A stretch of 64,000 nt of DNA from Octopus sinensis (taxonomy: Eukaryota). Where the stretch lies: the NCBI RefSeq assembly GCF_006345805.1, contig NC_043005.1, positions 61,194,001 to 61,258,000 on the forward strand, written 5' to 3'. Shown here piece after piece: positions 14,156-28,712 of the stretch. Within the stretch, counting starts at the first letter, position 1. The number at the start of each line of letters is the position of its first letter. Under the pieces are notes generated by a model. The model was not told the DNA's origin. It saw only the letters and a list, made by a program, of their open reading frames with translations, and searched no databases. A program made the position numbers and the translations under genes.

Positions 14156-15444
14156 TGGTTTTGTTGTTGTTCTTTATCTACTACTACAACAGCAGACGAA
14201 GGTCTGTGTCATTGAGGTTTCACAGTACTGCCGTTTTGGTGTAAGCAATTGTGCTTCATATATAGTTTACTCTGTTAAGCAAAATGATGTTTTATTATTT
14301 ATAGCGCCCATGTACGTGTCGTTTGCAAATTTAAGTATCGCAAATATTCATTCTACCGTAACACATTTACCAAACAAGTTTATCTTAGATATTTGAAAGT
14401 CTAACACAGGCATATATGAAAAGAACGATAAATTGTTAGGTATTTCCATTATTCATTTATATGTGGTTATATATATTCGTGCGTGCGAGAGTACGTGTGT
14501 CTATTTTCCATATTGAAAGCAAAGTTATAATATTTTAAGGCAATTTATCTTTTTGCCATTACCAGGTCACAGACAGATAAGTATTTGCACACATATAAGC
14601 GTGGGCTCGGACACACAAACGCACACACACCCAAACTCACACACAAACAAACACAGACAGACACACAGGCACGCACACCGAAATATGTATTGCGCATACA
14701 CACACCTAGCACATGCGCGCACACACACACCTAGCACATGCGCGCACACACACACAGAAATATATATGTGCGCATACACACACATCACACATGCACATAC
14801 ACACATACACACATTCGACATTGTTATTCGTTTAGATTCAATTTCTAGAAAAATATTAAATATCAAAACTAATGAAATTTAAGTCTCTAAAATAAATAAA
14901 TATCTGTTTTAATAGCGCTTAAAGTTAATAGATTTAACTTTAAAGTTATTGTAGTCATATTATTTTTAATCATAAACATTTATTTAATCACAACCAGAAG
15001 ACAATATTTTTGAGGAAATTCTATTAAAAGGCTGCACTTTTCATGAATATACTTTTAAATTTTGGAAGCTTTTCGCCAACGATACCAACAACGTTATCAT
15101 TGGCCCAACAAGACGACAGTCTTTAAGTTGTCGTCGACTTCCTAGAAATAGTAACAGAATCATCTTTGTGATTTTTTACTGGCTCACGTAAAGATGCATG
15201 AGGAAAACCGGATCTTTGACGCAAAAACCAAGACAACTAAGGTTGTAATAAATAGAATTATTGCTGAATGTAAAATATATGATTGAAAAGTTTACTAGAA
15301 TAAAGGCTTTTCACATGTCGATACTTGCGAAAGAAGCCTTCCTCCATAGTTTAAGGAAATGAAGATAAGTTATCCAAAACAATGAGTGACTGTCTTCTTG
15401 CTTGAATGCGATCAAAATTATTTATCAATTTATCTTCATAATGT

Positions 15445-15660
15445 GTGCCTGTATTTCAAGTCTTTTCATCCTCCTACCGAGTGTTTTAGATAAAAGTTTT
15501 TATGTATTCCATTGTACTTCCGTTGTACCGTATTCTGTTTCCTTTACTTGACATGTTCAGCGGAATTAAAAACTAGTGTATCGTCTTCTGAATTCTGGTG
15601 CTATATATTGATATAAATTTTGATTTCCAATATTTGTCAAGATGCAACCCCATACAAAAT
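15445..15660 (-). mobile_element. Old interspersed repeat, possibly Tc1/mariner 5' end
   Basis: TATTCTGTTTCC.TT.C.TGACATGTTCA..AAAACTA motif is shared with 17690-17900; superfamily assignment is a guess. Confidence 0.3.
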
Positions 15661-17029
15661 ATCACGAGGCTCATGTAAAAATCAAGTTTGAAAATATATG
15701 TTTCAAAATATAGGCAAAAATAGGTATACATACATTTACTGAGAGAGCGCAAGTAAAATACAGTGCATGATTGATACTTATTTTATCACCTCTGGTATTT
15801 GGCTGGCATGTCTCTTATCGATTCATAGGGTATTTTTCGTATACATTAGTCTCAGTGTTTTCTACAATCATTATTAACAAAGCTACAAAACTTGAGTAAA
15901 GGGGAAAGTTTATTATTTCGAACATGAAAAGAAATGATATATGAATATTTGATCAAAAGCTTGTTGCGAAATATGAAATGCTGGGCTTGTCACAAACATT
16001 TTTGTTTCTGGTAGAGTTTAAACCTTTTAAGGTACAAATGTGAAATCAATGTGGAATAGTGACTTTTTGTGTGATTTAATTCGGTTTTCTTGTTGTAAAG
16101 TTGACTGGTGTGTCTTTTATCAGCAGACAAAGTCGAATGGTTTGGGGAAAGTCTACACCGCTCGATCTAAAGTCAGATATAAAGGAACAAACTAATACAG
16201 TCTACTATTTTAGCAGCCACTCTACCGACTTCGACATCCGCTGCATTTTTCTCTCTCTTTTTTTTTTTTATCAGTTCATGTTAATTATATAATTTTCGGC
16301 TCATGTTAGGGAAGTATATTAAAGTGTATGAGATGTAGCTAGGACACGTTAATAATGAGTGAGCTGGCGGAAGTCAGCTAACATGATACGTAACTGAATA
16401 ACATGGGACTAAGAATCTTTGTATCAAACAAAGCAAAATATGGAGATTACTAGACAGCCTATGGAAATATCATTTTCAGATGAATTTACTAAAACGAAGA
16501 GACAACCCAAACCAAAGTTCAGTAGCTATTCCTCATACAAGGTTTCCGGAAAACATTGTTTCTTCCAGAGAATTGCAAGCTATATTCTTTGAATTTTGTC
16601 AATCGCAAAGGTTTATGAAAGAGTTAGTGAGCAAATAAACAGTGCGGGGCTGTGTATGTTTACCATCGTATAAGCAAATGATTAACAATTTAACTTAAAT
16701 CGTATGTTGTTTCTGAGGAGAGTCATTCTCTTTTTGTGCCTTATTATTTAGCACACTCTCCGGTTCAGTTTCCGCTCATTTACCTCTTTATTATTTTCTA
16801 AAATTTTAGTTACGTCTTGCAACCTTTTCAATAGTCGTTGATTCTGTCCGTTCAAATCCCAATACGAAATTAAATCATATGCGTTGCTAATAAATAAAAT
16901 AATTTCCAAGGAACGCTTTGTTTGTATTTTTACTTTGTTTTCCATCGAGATATTTCATCAGCTATTCTAACGTTTTGGATCGTTGTTTATATATATGTAC
17001 ATGAGAAAACCTAGGGATAACCAAATCGG

Positions 17030-17300
17030 TAGACTACTGCACAAGAGACAACGGGGCATGTGGTTGTGACCCGTTATGTTGTCTGTTCAAATTTTGCCTG
17101 TGGTAATTTGGAATTTCAGCATTCCATGTTTCGATGAAATAAATATATTCAAAGTGCAAGAAGCTCTATATTTCTCCCTATATCCCATCCAAACGCAAAA
17201 TATAAGTATAGAACATTCTGATCATGGGAGAATTCAATATCGACGTATTAACGATCGATCTAGAACCAGTTGCTAACGAAGATGCAAAACGGAAACATTG
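17030..17300 (+). mobile_element. Decayed LINE APE-endonuclease remnant
   Basis: Translation NILIMGEFNIDVL at about 17210-17250 matches the I-I-x-GDFNID motif of LINE apurinic-like endonucleases. Confidence 0.4.
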
Positions 17301-17689
17301 GTGAGTAATGAATTAACAGTTCGCAGTGATACGGAGAACCATTCTATCATGTAAAATTAATTAGTAAGATGCCTGAGTAATAGATGAAAAATAACTTGTT
17401 TCGATAGATTAATTAGCTAAAAGTGGGAGACATTGAAAAGCAATGTCTATATATGTAGAACATATATCTAAGATTGTATCTAAGATTTTATCAACGACAT
17501 TGTAAGGGTTAATTAGCTACGTTAGACTGTGTATATACAGTCTCATGAAAACAAAAAAATATCAGTTAACTTAAAACATAAGCTTTGCTAACATAACTGC
17601 AACAAAGGAACGCCTTCATATTTTGCGCTCGAAATAAAAACAATACCCAAAACGCTGAACGAATGACTTACGAATGGAATCAAACGTGC

Positions 17690-17900
17690 TTATTCGTTTT
17701 ATCTTCAAAGCCAATTTTTTTTTTTTACCGAAATCTTTTCACCTTCTACGAAGGGTTTTCTATAAATTTTCCTGGTGTGATGCTCTGAACTGCCTTTGCA
17801 CTGTATTCTGTTTCCCTTTCTAGACATGTTCACACGTAAATGAAAACTAACGTGTTTTATTCTTGTGCTATAAGTTATTTTTACCTATATTTTGGTTTAC
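17690..17900 (-). mobile_element. Old interspersed repeat, second copy of the 15445-15660 family
   Basis: Shared motif with 15445-15660. Confidence 0.3.
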
Positions 17901-19888
17901 ATATCGATTAAGACAAGAACCACATGCAAACAACAAGTAAAAACGTCCTATCGAAAATGTAACAAGGTTTTTAAACTAGAAATATAAAGGAGATAGCATT
18001 TGGATAAAGATGCAGTTGATTAGAACTATCAACAGTAGGAATGACTGATATCTATTTTATCGATTCAAGTACTTGGCTGGTAGTTATTTTATCGCTTCCC
18101 AGAACTATGAAATACATTCCAATATTAGTATAAGGCTATTATAGTTTAATATTGTAATACATTTAATATTGTACGAAGGCATTTTTCCAATGTAGGGCTT
18201 GTCATATATATTTTTGATTCTTGTGGAGTATTAACATTTTAAGGTAGATATATGATATCTATATGGAATAAAATCCTTGATTTATACACGACTTCATCTT
18301 TCATTTTCGCCAAAATTATCTGGTGGTTGTTTGTTGAGACCAAGACGGTGCCATTTGATCTCAAAATATAATGGTACACAATACTCACCCTGACATTTTA
18401 TTTGGTACTCTGTCGATTCTGCTAAGAATTATTCTTTTCCTACCTGTAATATTTATTGTGAGATGTGTGGCGCGCGAGGCGTATTTAATTAAACCCTTTA
18501 CGTTTTAAAGTTTAATTCTGGCACTCGTAAACCTTAAAATTCACCCTTCTAATCATGTACTTAATAAAATAACTACTAGCAAAGAATAGAAAACGTTAAG
18601 ATCGACGATACAATCCTACCCCCAATATTACACATAGATCGAGGAGGGACAGGTCAATAATAAACCTACAAAAGCAAGCAATATGTCTATGAAAGTAATT
18701 CAATAATGCAGAGTGATACGTGATACTGACAATCACACGAATTCGATTAGATGGTTCAATAACAAATGAAAAATATATTTAGGTAAATTCACTTAATTAA
18801 AGGGAGTGACACTGAAAATCAGATCTTGTCATACGAAAATAAAATATCTACAGCTTATTTCTATTTTCCGTAAAACATGTTTCTGTTGACTTATACACAC
18901 GCATTTTGTAAAAAAAAAATTATTAGCCTTCACATAAGAATCCATAAGGTACGTATCCCCATTGTTATATACAGCGTGCTACAGTACAGAAAAGAAGCTG
19001 GGGATGTCAAATTCATGCTAACAAACGGTTCGCAAAGCAACGTTGAATATTAAGTATGCTTCATCTAGTGTAAGTGAATAGTTTCCGATAGGGAGCTGTT
19101 ATGGTATGTAATTGAATAAATTCTTCGCGGAAATACGAAGAATTTAATAATATGCGAAATGCATGAAAACAAAATTCATGATGGAAATGGAAAATATCAA
19201 GATTAGAAAAACACTCATCTAATTGACATGACTTACCATGTAGAAAAAAAGAGAACGGAAGAGGAGAAATAAAGAAAAATTGAAAGAGGGAAAAAATTCA
19301 GAAACAGACTGACGAAAATGGAAAGCAAGGAGAAAGAAAGACAGAAAGAATGAATGGCGGAGGGCAGAAGGAAGGAAGGGAGGAAAGAGAGAATGAAGGA
19401 AGGAAGCAAAGGGATGGAAGCAGTGTTACAAATAAACTGGAATAATATGAGAGAAATTTAGTTCAGTGAAAATTAATGGAACGTTAATTGTTATTCAAAC
19501 TCAAACTGAAATTCTCTTTCTTTGCAGACGAATAGTAACGTACTATGTTTTATATTGTAATATTTCTATGTGATTAAATATTCTTCTTCTAGGCAGAGTA
19601 CTTTAGAAACGTAGAGCTGCAAAGACTGACGCTAAGAAAACACAATTTCCTGGAGATATGTAGCCAAAAAGTCTGTTAGTTTCGTAGATAATATTAATTC
19701 GGTGCCGACTAAAGATGAAGGTAAATAATTGGTTTCGAATGATGCTATCAACGTCGCAGTCCGCTTATATATTGTAGTGAAAATTAATATGTAAATGCAT
19801 AGACGTACATACCACCATACCACCCACATGCTTATGCGCACATGCATAATCCATATACGTACACACACACACATATTAGTATGTATGC

Positions 19889-19921
<33 letters not shown>

Positions 19922-20110
19922 CTTATATTTGTGTCTATATATATTTCTATACACACACACACACACATGTGTCTTCATATACGTGTGTTTGTACAATATA
20001 GATCATGTAATTAGTATAAGATATAATTTGCCTTCGTGTATATAAATGCATATACATATATAAATATATTTATATGTATATATGGTTGTGTATATATGTA
20101 TACATATGTA

Positions 20111-20164
<54 letters not shown>

Positions 20165-20344
20165 GATATATATGATGCAATGTAAGCATTTTTGTATGTG
20201 TGTATATTTACATATGTACATATGTATATATGTTTGTATGTATGCTTGTGTGTGTATATATATATATTTACATATATATATATATATATATGCATACACA
20301 CACAGACACACACACACATACATATATACATATATATATATATA

Positions 20345-20383
<39 letters not shown>

Positions 20384-20497
20384 TAAAGAGAAACGGGAAG
20401 GAGGGAGAGAAAAGTAATTAGGGTGTACAACTTTCTCATTAATATTGATTCTTAAACAGTGCACATGCTGTGAGCCACTGAACCTTCCTCTGTGTGT

Positions 20498-20552
<55 letters not shown>

Positions 20553-21126
20553 GTGGGTATGCATTTGCGTGTGGGTGTAAGCGTTGTAAACCTCTGTGTA
20601 ATTATCTCTGCCTGTGTATGAGAGTAAGTGAAAGACAATTTCAGTTATAATGTTAAAAAAAAAGAATATCATGATTTTCGATAACAATCAATATCTAATT
20701 AAGAGGCATCGTAAAGTCAGTGCAGCCAAAGAAATATTGTTCTCATTTACGTATCTTTAGATTTAGCTATCAGAAGATACGGCTGTCTTCCTTTTCTTCG
20801 GGAGAACTCTATGCACTAACGGTTCAATGACGGAACACTTGCGCAATGTGTATATGTGACTCTGTACATATCTGTATGTGTATGTGTTTGTGTGTGTGTA
20901 TGCTTCCATGTTTGTGTACGTTTGTGTGTTTGTTCTTGTGTTTGTGCGTGTGCTTCTTTTTCTTGTGTGTGTGTGTGTGTGGTGTGTGTGTGTGTATCTG
21001 TTACACGTTTTGATCATTGATCGAGTTAGCCATTACTCAAAACAGAACTCGCTACATTTAACATACAGATGTAATCTTACAATTCTAACCTATCGCCTTA
21101 CAATTGTAAAATCTTTTCAATAGGCG

Positions 21127-21219
21127 CCTTGGGCAAGAGTCTTCTACTATAGCCTCGCTCCAATCAAAGCCTTGTAAGTGGATTTGACAGACGGAACTAA
21201 AAGAAGCCTGTCGTGTATA
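21127..21219 (+). mobile_element. SINE family B fragment ending at its TA tract
   Basis: CCTTGGGCAAGAGTCTTCTACTATAGCCTCG..AAAGCCTTG.AAGTGGATTTG..AAGAAGCCTGTCG. Confidence 0.8.
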
Positions 21220-21560
21220 CAGGGTGCGTAAGATGTTTGAGGACAGATTTACGTTTATAAAAACACAGCTATATAATAACAGATAATAACTTTATTTATC
21301 AAAAAATGCTACGAGGATAAAAATAAGCCTTCTTTTCTATAATGTTATTCAATAAAGCTACCTTCAGCTTCAACAACTGATTTTAAATGATATCTAAATC
21401 ATCTACATGCTCGAATCAAGTGGTCGTGGTTCATTTTGGACATTACTTTTATATAATTTCATTGTTATTAAGCATGTAGTTTCCTGAAATGTAGCTAACA
21501 CGTGGAGGGTAGATTATTGGTTAACTAATGAGGTCGATGCAGATGATACTGACGTACAAT
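21220..21560 (-). mobile_element. Tc1/mariner (maT-like) transposon right end with transposase C-terminus
   Basis: Minus-strand translation KVMSKMNHDHLIRACR*FRYHLKSVVEAEGSFIE* is a typical Tc1/maT C-terminus; terminus TA|CAGGGTG at 21218-21226. Confidence 0.75.
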
Positions 21561-21895
21561 TTTTGCTGTCAAAATAAACAATAAATATACGAAGGAGTCA
21601 TCATCGAAAATATAGTATTCTTGTAGAGTGTATTGAAGTTTGGTGGGTCTAGTATAAATAAATCTTTTTCAGTCTAAAAGTGCGATAAATCATTAGATCT
21701 CTCAGGTCGAAAGCAACGTCGCTTTTATTAATAAAAAAGAAGCAACTAGATAGATGTATTTATATTGAAAAGATATATTTATTTCCATAGACGTATGAAA
21801 GTATAACTATATCGATGTATATATATATACACATATATATATATATATATCGATATATATATGTATATATATATATATTATATATATATATATAA

Positions 21896-21963
<68 letters not shown>

Positions 21964-22034
21964 TATGCATGTATGTACGTATGTAGTCCAGAGAATGACA
22001 ACTTTATTATTTGCTGTTTTCCTTTCTATTTCAG

Positions 22035-22168
22035 ACGTTTTCATAATTCAAATTTGGAGATTAACATCATTGCTTGTGGCACACAGAGGAAATGTGCAAA
22101 AATAATATTTACACATAAAACTACAAACGGAAGTAGCAAAAAGTTATTCGGGGAAATCAGTCAAAACG
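22035..22168 (+). other. Candidate spliced exon (134 nt)
   Basis: Long pyrimidine tract TTTTGCTGTTTTCCTTTCTATTTCAG acceptor and consensus G|GTAAGT donor; one open frame (RFHNSNLEINIIACGTQRKCAK...). Could be chance. Confidence 0.3.
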
Positions 22169-22777
22169 GTAAGTGTTACAATATATATTTCTCTCACTAG
22201 TATTCAAATTGGGATTTTAGATATTTTTCTGTTGGTTGTTCATCGATAAAAGCTGCGTTTTATCAAATCACTCTTTCAGTTACTTTCACTTTCGTCCTAC
22301 TCCTCTTTGCATATTTGTCGACCAGTCTCACTCACTCTTTCTATATTTCTAGAACCAACACAACAACCACCATCGCTTTCTCTCTCTAGTGACATTTTTG
22401 AGTGTGAGTGTGTATGTATTACCATAAAAAAAGTTAACCTTCTTAAATAGATATCACATATTGTTAACCCACCCGCACATCCACGCACAGAAACGGACAA
22501 GGATACACATACAGACGGACGAATATATATGGGTATATATATACATGTATGTATGTATGTACGTATGTATGTATATATATATGTATATGTTTATGTATGA
22601 GTGGGTATGTATACATATAAACATATATATATGTGCGTGTGCGTGTGCATATGTGCGTGTACACTCAGTATTCATAGAGCACCATGTAAGAGCTTTATCA
22701 AGCAGTAAATGGTCGTTTAAAGAAAATATATTCACTATGGGCGACAAATGATATATATATATATATATATATGTATG

Positions 22778-22811
<34 letters not shown>

Positions 22812-22836
22812 TGTATTATGTATGTATGTATGTATG

Positions 22837-22871
<35 letters not shown>

Positions 22872-25011
22872 GTACTGCGGGTAAAAATTATTAAAAAATT
22901 ACAATTTACACCAGTGGCCTACACGCCGTTACACGAGAAAGCATTTCTTGTGGTTAGACGATTTGGTGTCTTCTTTCAGTATGTAAGAAAACCACTTTGT
23001 GGCTTTCCTCTTACATTTGAATATATATATCATTACGAGTTCATAATGTTGTGTGTACTTTTATTGCACCTGCGCTGACTGAATCAAGAATTCAGTCTTA
23101 AATTTGAAATGAAATTTATTACTAATGGTAACCGTTTACATTCAAGTCTGATCGTTACAATCTTTTCAACACTGTTTTGAGAAGCCAATATCGGCAAACT
23201 CCCATGTAAACAACCAGTTTAAACGCGCACACGTGTATTTGAATGTATGTGTGTGGGTGTACGTGTGTGTTTATGTGTGTGTGGTGTTTAAATATTGTAA
23301 TATATTTATATTGATTCTGATTTAAGTTGAAGATCAATTTGTTTAGGTATGAACTGGGGAAGTTGTATGTAATGTGTAGGTGAATTACAAATGTTTTTCA
23401 TTTTACAATTTTGTGCGATGTTTTCACATTACCTAATGGAATATTCATTGCACCGATGATAATTGATTTACCGATTTGTCGGGGAATCACAACAGCATTT
23501 CGTGGTAAAGTGAACATACATTTGAATACTGATATTGATAAATAGTAGGTATGGAAATTTCTTATAATTTGATAGTTATTTTCAATAATGACAAACACCT
23601 ATATGGACGATAGGCATTTCAATAAATAGCAAATTCAATAATGTAGGACTGAATAATAGCATTTATTCTAAATTTGTAGGACGTGTGCTTTTTAAAGTTA
23701 ACCACATTGAAGCTTACGGCATACTCACAGTTTTAGAGGCGTTGTTTGCTAGCAGAACTGAAGTGGGATTTACTGGTAATTTCTTCATTGCATTCTAACA
23801 TATATACATGCACTAACGTTACGTCCCATTTTCTGTTTTACCGCTGTTTTTCTTTTTCATTTTCATTTCTTTTTTCATATTCAGAAAAGTTAACACACTT
23901 CGAAATTAGCGTTAAAAATCCTAAGGCTAGAACTTCAGAAATTATATAAAAGTGTGTTTGATGTTGTCTGCAATAGAAGTTAACTTTTATGCAATGGCAT
24001 TTTCGGTGGAAGAGAATCGATTGAAATATCTAAAAATGGGCGTCGGCATCGGTCAATGTTATTGCCTTTCGTTAACGAGTTGCGCCGATATCAAACTTTA
24101 TAATATAGCATCATGTTCACTAAAAACAGGAGCCATATGTGTTTTTGTGTTTAAGTACCCCTAAGTTTTCCTGACTCTCCCTATCTCTGTCAAAGATAGC
24201 ATAAGTAGGGCGACATTATCCAATGTCTTTTTTCTTTAAATCTCTGATATTTCATTTAACGAATATTTAGCTGGTATTTTTTAAAGGTCGGGTGACTACA
24301 AAGCGCATTTCTTGTAGGAAATGAATAATACAATTGATGTTCTGAAATCATATTGTGTCTTCTCGGAAGAAAACATTATACTGAATATATCAACATGGTG
24401 TATTTGCGAATTGAAAAACTTAATTTACGTTGCTAACTATATGTCTATAAATATTGTTTAGATCTGTTGGCAACATACTTTGCTTTCGTTGGTTTTGTTG
24501 CTGGCGCTTTTTGGGGGTGCTTGTTAAATTACATGTTTTTGTTTAGCGAAAGATATATGGATGAGGAACATAGAATTTTATAAATAATGAATTTCTAGGA
24601 ATATCAACTTAGTGAAATCAGAAATATGCAAGAGTAAAGAATAGGTTTAAAGCGAAATTTAATTGCCTAAATTTAATCTTTAATACGTTTTCTTTAAAGC
24701 AAAAACAGGTTTTCGTTGTAAATATATAACCGTTTCTATAATTCGTATAAAATAAGTTATGCAATACTGCGTTGGCATATCTTTCATGATTAACAAGCGT
24801 GTCAATATAGTAATAGAATCGACACTCACATTTGGATTGTGAGTTTCCCTACTTTATTAGATAGAAACTTCTCAAAATGTTCGGTAACTCAATCGTTGCT
24901 ACGGGTCCCATACGTGTAGGGCGTCACTCAGAAGTATTTTAACTGTGTTAATAATGTCGATGCAAATAACTTTTCTCTAAAATACCGTTTTAATGTAAAT
25001 TTTCTATTTAG

Positions 25012-25517
25012 TTTTCTCTTTTATCTCTTTTACTTGTTTCAGTCAGTTGACTGCGGCCATGCTGGAGCACCGCTTTTAATCGAGCAACTCGACCCCGGAA
25101 CTTATTCTTTTGTAAGCCCAGTACTTATTCTATCGGTCTCTTTTGCCGAACCGCTAAGTAACGGGGATATAAACACACCAGCATCGGTTGTCAAGTAATG
25201 CTAGGGGGACAAACACAGACACACAAACACACACACGCATATATATATACACCGGAGTAAACACATAGATGTGAAACAAGGTGGAAAAAAGAGTACTCAA
25301 ATACCAGAGCTAGAGTAATATGCTTTAAATAAAGTATATATATATATATACATATATACGACGGGCTTCTTTCAGTTTCCATCTACCAAATCCACTCACA
25401 AGGGTTTGGTCGGCCCGAGGCTATAGTAGAAGACACTTGCCCAAGGTGCCACGCAGTGGGACTGAACCTGGAACCATGTGGTTAGTAAACAAGCTACTTA
25501 CCACACAGCCACTCCTG
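25012..25517 (-). mobile_element. SINE family B, full length
   Basis: Reverse complement of 54044-54432 (GGAGTGGCTGTGTGGTAAG head, GGTTCAGTCCC B-box-like, (GAGTAAAA)-type tail); expanded internal CA/TA tract. Confidence 0.9.
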
Positions 25518-26840
25518 CTGTGTCAAAATTTAACATGAGTGAATAAGTTTTTGGAATTGAATAATAATTCCAGTAGCGTCCTGGCAAGTAAAGTCGTTAG
25601 AAGCATTTGGGAAAATATTTTTGGGATAAACAGTGATTCAATTTATGAAAACGTTATGCATTTTTGTCTTGAAAAGAACATAAATAATGTAAGGTAATAT
25701 TCCGTTAGAATTTTTTCCACAACCATTTAGTTCTTGATTTAACTATGTGCATGAATTATCAAAGTTTACAATTGATTTGCTCTGTTTTAATTCTACTTTA
25801 TAGCAAACAAACCCTTCGTTTCTAGATAATAAAACTCGCAAGACCATGCATAAATGAATACAATATTCATCTTTCCAAACTTCCGTATTGTTTTTGATTT
25901 TGCATAGGACATCAATTCTCATACATTTTTATAATGTTAGCAAATACATTCTCCTTTTAATGTGACACTATTCCCAAGATATTGTTATTATCTATATCAA
26001 TTGTAATAATAATTTGACTCTAAATTAGATACATATTTATTTGTCTTATTAACTCTCTTAGCCTTCAGTCTCTAAGCCTCAAGTCCCTATCGTAAAAATA
26101 ACAGCATCTGATATATTCCTCGTAAAATTAATCCGCTGTTGTTTACCATCATTCATTATACCGAAAGACACAGTTGTATCACGTAGGTAAATCATTGAAC
26201 AACGCATTAATTATAAAACTGACTTTCTAAACATAACCGCTATTGGCATAGACAATAATTGGAAGATTAATGTAATAGCTATCAAACCATGTATAGTAAT
26301 TCCTAAAATTCGAATTTTCAAAGCTATGAATCTACACATGAACGGAAGACCTGCAGTACCTATTACAAGAAAGAAAGCACTCCCAAACTTTATATGCATG
26401 TATAACTCCCAAAACTACAGTGTATATTTCAACAATATCATAAACATTTGTTCTCCCTTCAGGATTTGACTACCTTTCTATTCAATATTTGAATAATGTT
26501 ATTTGAAATATATGGCTTTATTGTCTATATATGCGAATGGTAATTAGTTTCCTTGTCTTTCACATAGAATTATCAACCTTAAGAATAGTAAAATTATCAT
26601 ATTCCGATTAACGTAAATTTATCTTTAAAATATCAAAGTTACACCTATCTTTTCATTTCGAGAACTCATTAATTCTCTCTATACTTACACTCTGAGAAGG
26701 TAGATGTTACTTTCCGATTTTACGCCCAGATGCGATAACATATTACTTTTTATGTCAAGGACATCTTTGTTCATGTAGCACAGCAGCTACCATAATTAAA
26801 GTGTCTCTACTTTACCTACTAACTTCTTGTTGTTATTTAG

Positions 26841-26916
26841 CCTCACCTCAACCTCAGATTTTATCAAGCAAATCTATGAGCAAAGCCTTCCATCGACGAC
26901 CACTGCATCGCTTCAG
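26841..26916 (+). other. Candidate spliced exon (76 nt)
   Basis: CTTCTTGTTGTTATTTAG acceptor, CAG|GTAATA donor, C-rich unique interior, two frames open. Confidence 0.3.
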
Positions 26917-27494
26917 GTAATATATCGAACCACACTATCTAAAGTGTCTTTCACTTTTAAGAGAGTAAGGTGTTATTTCAGAGACTTGAGGTTGCTATCT
27001 CTAACAGGTTCAGTAAACATTAAGAAGATTCCTCATTGACACGTATCTAATATTTTAGTTTGATTAGGTGCACCATAGAACAAAGTCTGCATTAAATGGA
27101 ACAAAATACAATGGTAATTTATTTTACGTTTCTTTTCGCTGCTGTTCTTGCTTGAAAATTAATTGCATATTGATCATATCAAATTTTATGCACTACCAGC
27201 TTGCAAAAAACGAAATCAGTCACTGAAATAAGGAAATATAACAGAAATTTTAATGCTACAAAAATATTAAATGCATTTCTAAACGAAAATGCTTTATAAA
27301 CAGAGTTACGGAGAAATGTAATAGATTCTTACAAATTTGCAGCAATAATATTCGCCTATAATTTTACTGGTCTCAGTAATTGGGATTGCTAAATTACTTC
27401 TAGACAACTCTCATATTTTACACACATCCCTCTCCATATGAATACAATCTAATACATTCAGTATTTTTAAAAGCTTCATAAGAAGGACGTTTTA

Positions 27495-27830
27495 TATAAC
27501 ACACATCAATCCATCCATCTTCACCCACTGTTCCAGGGAGGGTCATTGGGATAATGTCCTCAGGGACCTACTCCAAAAGGTCACATCCGAAGCAACCATC
27601 ATTACATTTTCCGGCTGGATATCGAAGGGTCCCCAACTGAGACTATGGATAGTACCCAACCAACATCCTTCTTCAACATCTCTTGCAATTATTTCTTGCG
27701 ATATTCCAATCGCATGTCCGTATTACCGGAGTTTTGACCTTTCAATGAGGGGTCGAACTTGACACCCTTCCGATCCGCAGGCTATGCACAAACATCAGTT
27801 TTTCAATTGCATGTCTCCTCGCCTGTTGGA
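27495..27830 (-). mobile_element. RTE-clade LINE (Rex3/Expander-like) 3' end
   Basis: Translation LIERSKLR*YGHAIGISQE..HSLSWGPFDIQPENVMMVASDVTFWSRSLRTL resembles the RTE C-terminus (IERSQLRWFGH..LAWERLGIPPE); ends in a GATG-repeat tail. Confidence 0.65.
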
Positions 27831-28102
27831 ATCCTTAAATACAAAACTTTTCGTCTTTGACTTTGAAACTTAAGTGCTACTTACAAATTAGAACATTAAA
27901 ACAGTTCATTTGTTGATGGAATTTTTTGTTATCAGTTATAATTACCCTATTTCCGCTGATGTTTTTTTTAATCTTCATTTTTGCATTCAGCATAATATTT
28001 TTCTTCTTATATATCGGAGTGTTTAAACAACTTTTTCTACTTTTGTATTTTGTAAAGAAAATACATTTAATTCGTTTTCATCATCCTTTGTTTTCTAAAT
28101 TT

Positions 28103-28665
28103 TGCTTTAGTTTACTCAAAACTTTCATGTTTTGTTTTTCGTGTCTCTTGAGCCACGCTTTGCGCTGAAGTACTCTTACCAGGTATCACTATGAAATTTC
28201 GAAGATACTTAAATGGAAGTCTTACCGTACTGCTTTTTTTTCTTCTTTTTTTTGCGAGAATCGGAAAAGAAATATTTCAATACCTCATTTGTGAAATTTA
28301 GATCAATAATCTTGCCTAATTTTATCAGATGCTGCACGAATTTACATATTTATTGTTTAATATCACATTATTGGAACAGTAACTTCACTACTTACATCAA
28401 CGGTTCAAAAAGAAAATGTCGGCGACATAGCGAAAGGACATTCGTTCGAAGAAGATCAGTTTTTCTCCGACATTTACGTCTACCTTCGCCGATTTACACA
28501 TATATGAGTGTGTATTACTATTGTTTGATTCTAAGTATAGCTATATAAAATTATTAATTATAAAATTGGAGGATCAGTCTGTACTGATTAAATTGTAGGG
28601 TCAGTCTGTACCTTTCTATATACTAACGAGGAAAATGTCAACAGTTTCTTCTTGGCAACATTATG

Positions 28666-28712
<47 letters not shown>

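Noticed and set aside
17223-17300. ATG-initiated MGEFNIDVLTIDLEPVANEDAKRKH with strong GTGAGT donor as a first coding exon
   Set aside because: The upstream in-frame NILI makes it the ILIMG(D/E)FNID motif of a LINE endonuclease; joining to the nearest acceptors creates TGA.
26211-26399. Hydrophobic 62-aa ORF as a membrane protein or NUMT
   Set aside because: No recognisable motif, upstream in-frame stop, and T-rich strands give hydrophobic translations by default; it does not match a mitochondrial protein under the invertebrate code.
27060-27460. Possible mariner 5' end (TTAGGTGCACC start)
   Set aside because: No matching TIR and no convincing transposase motif.
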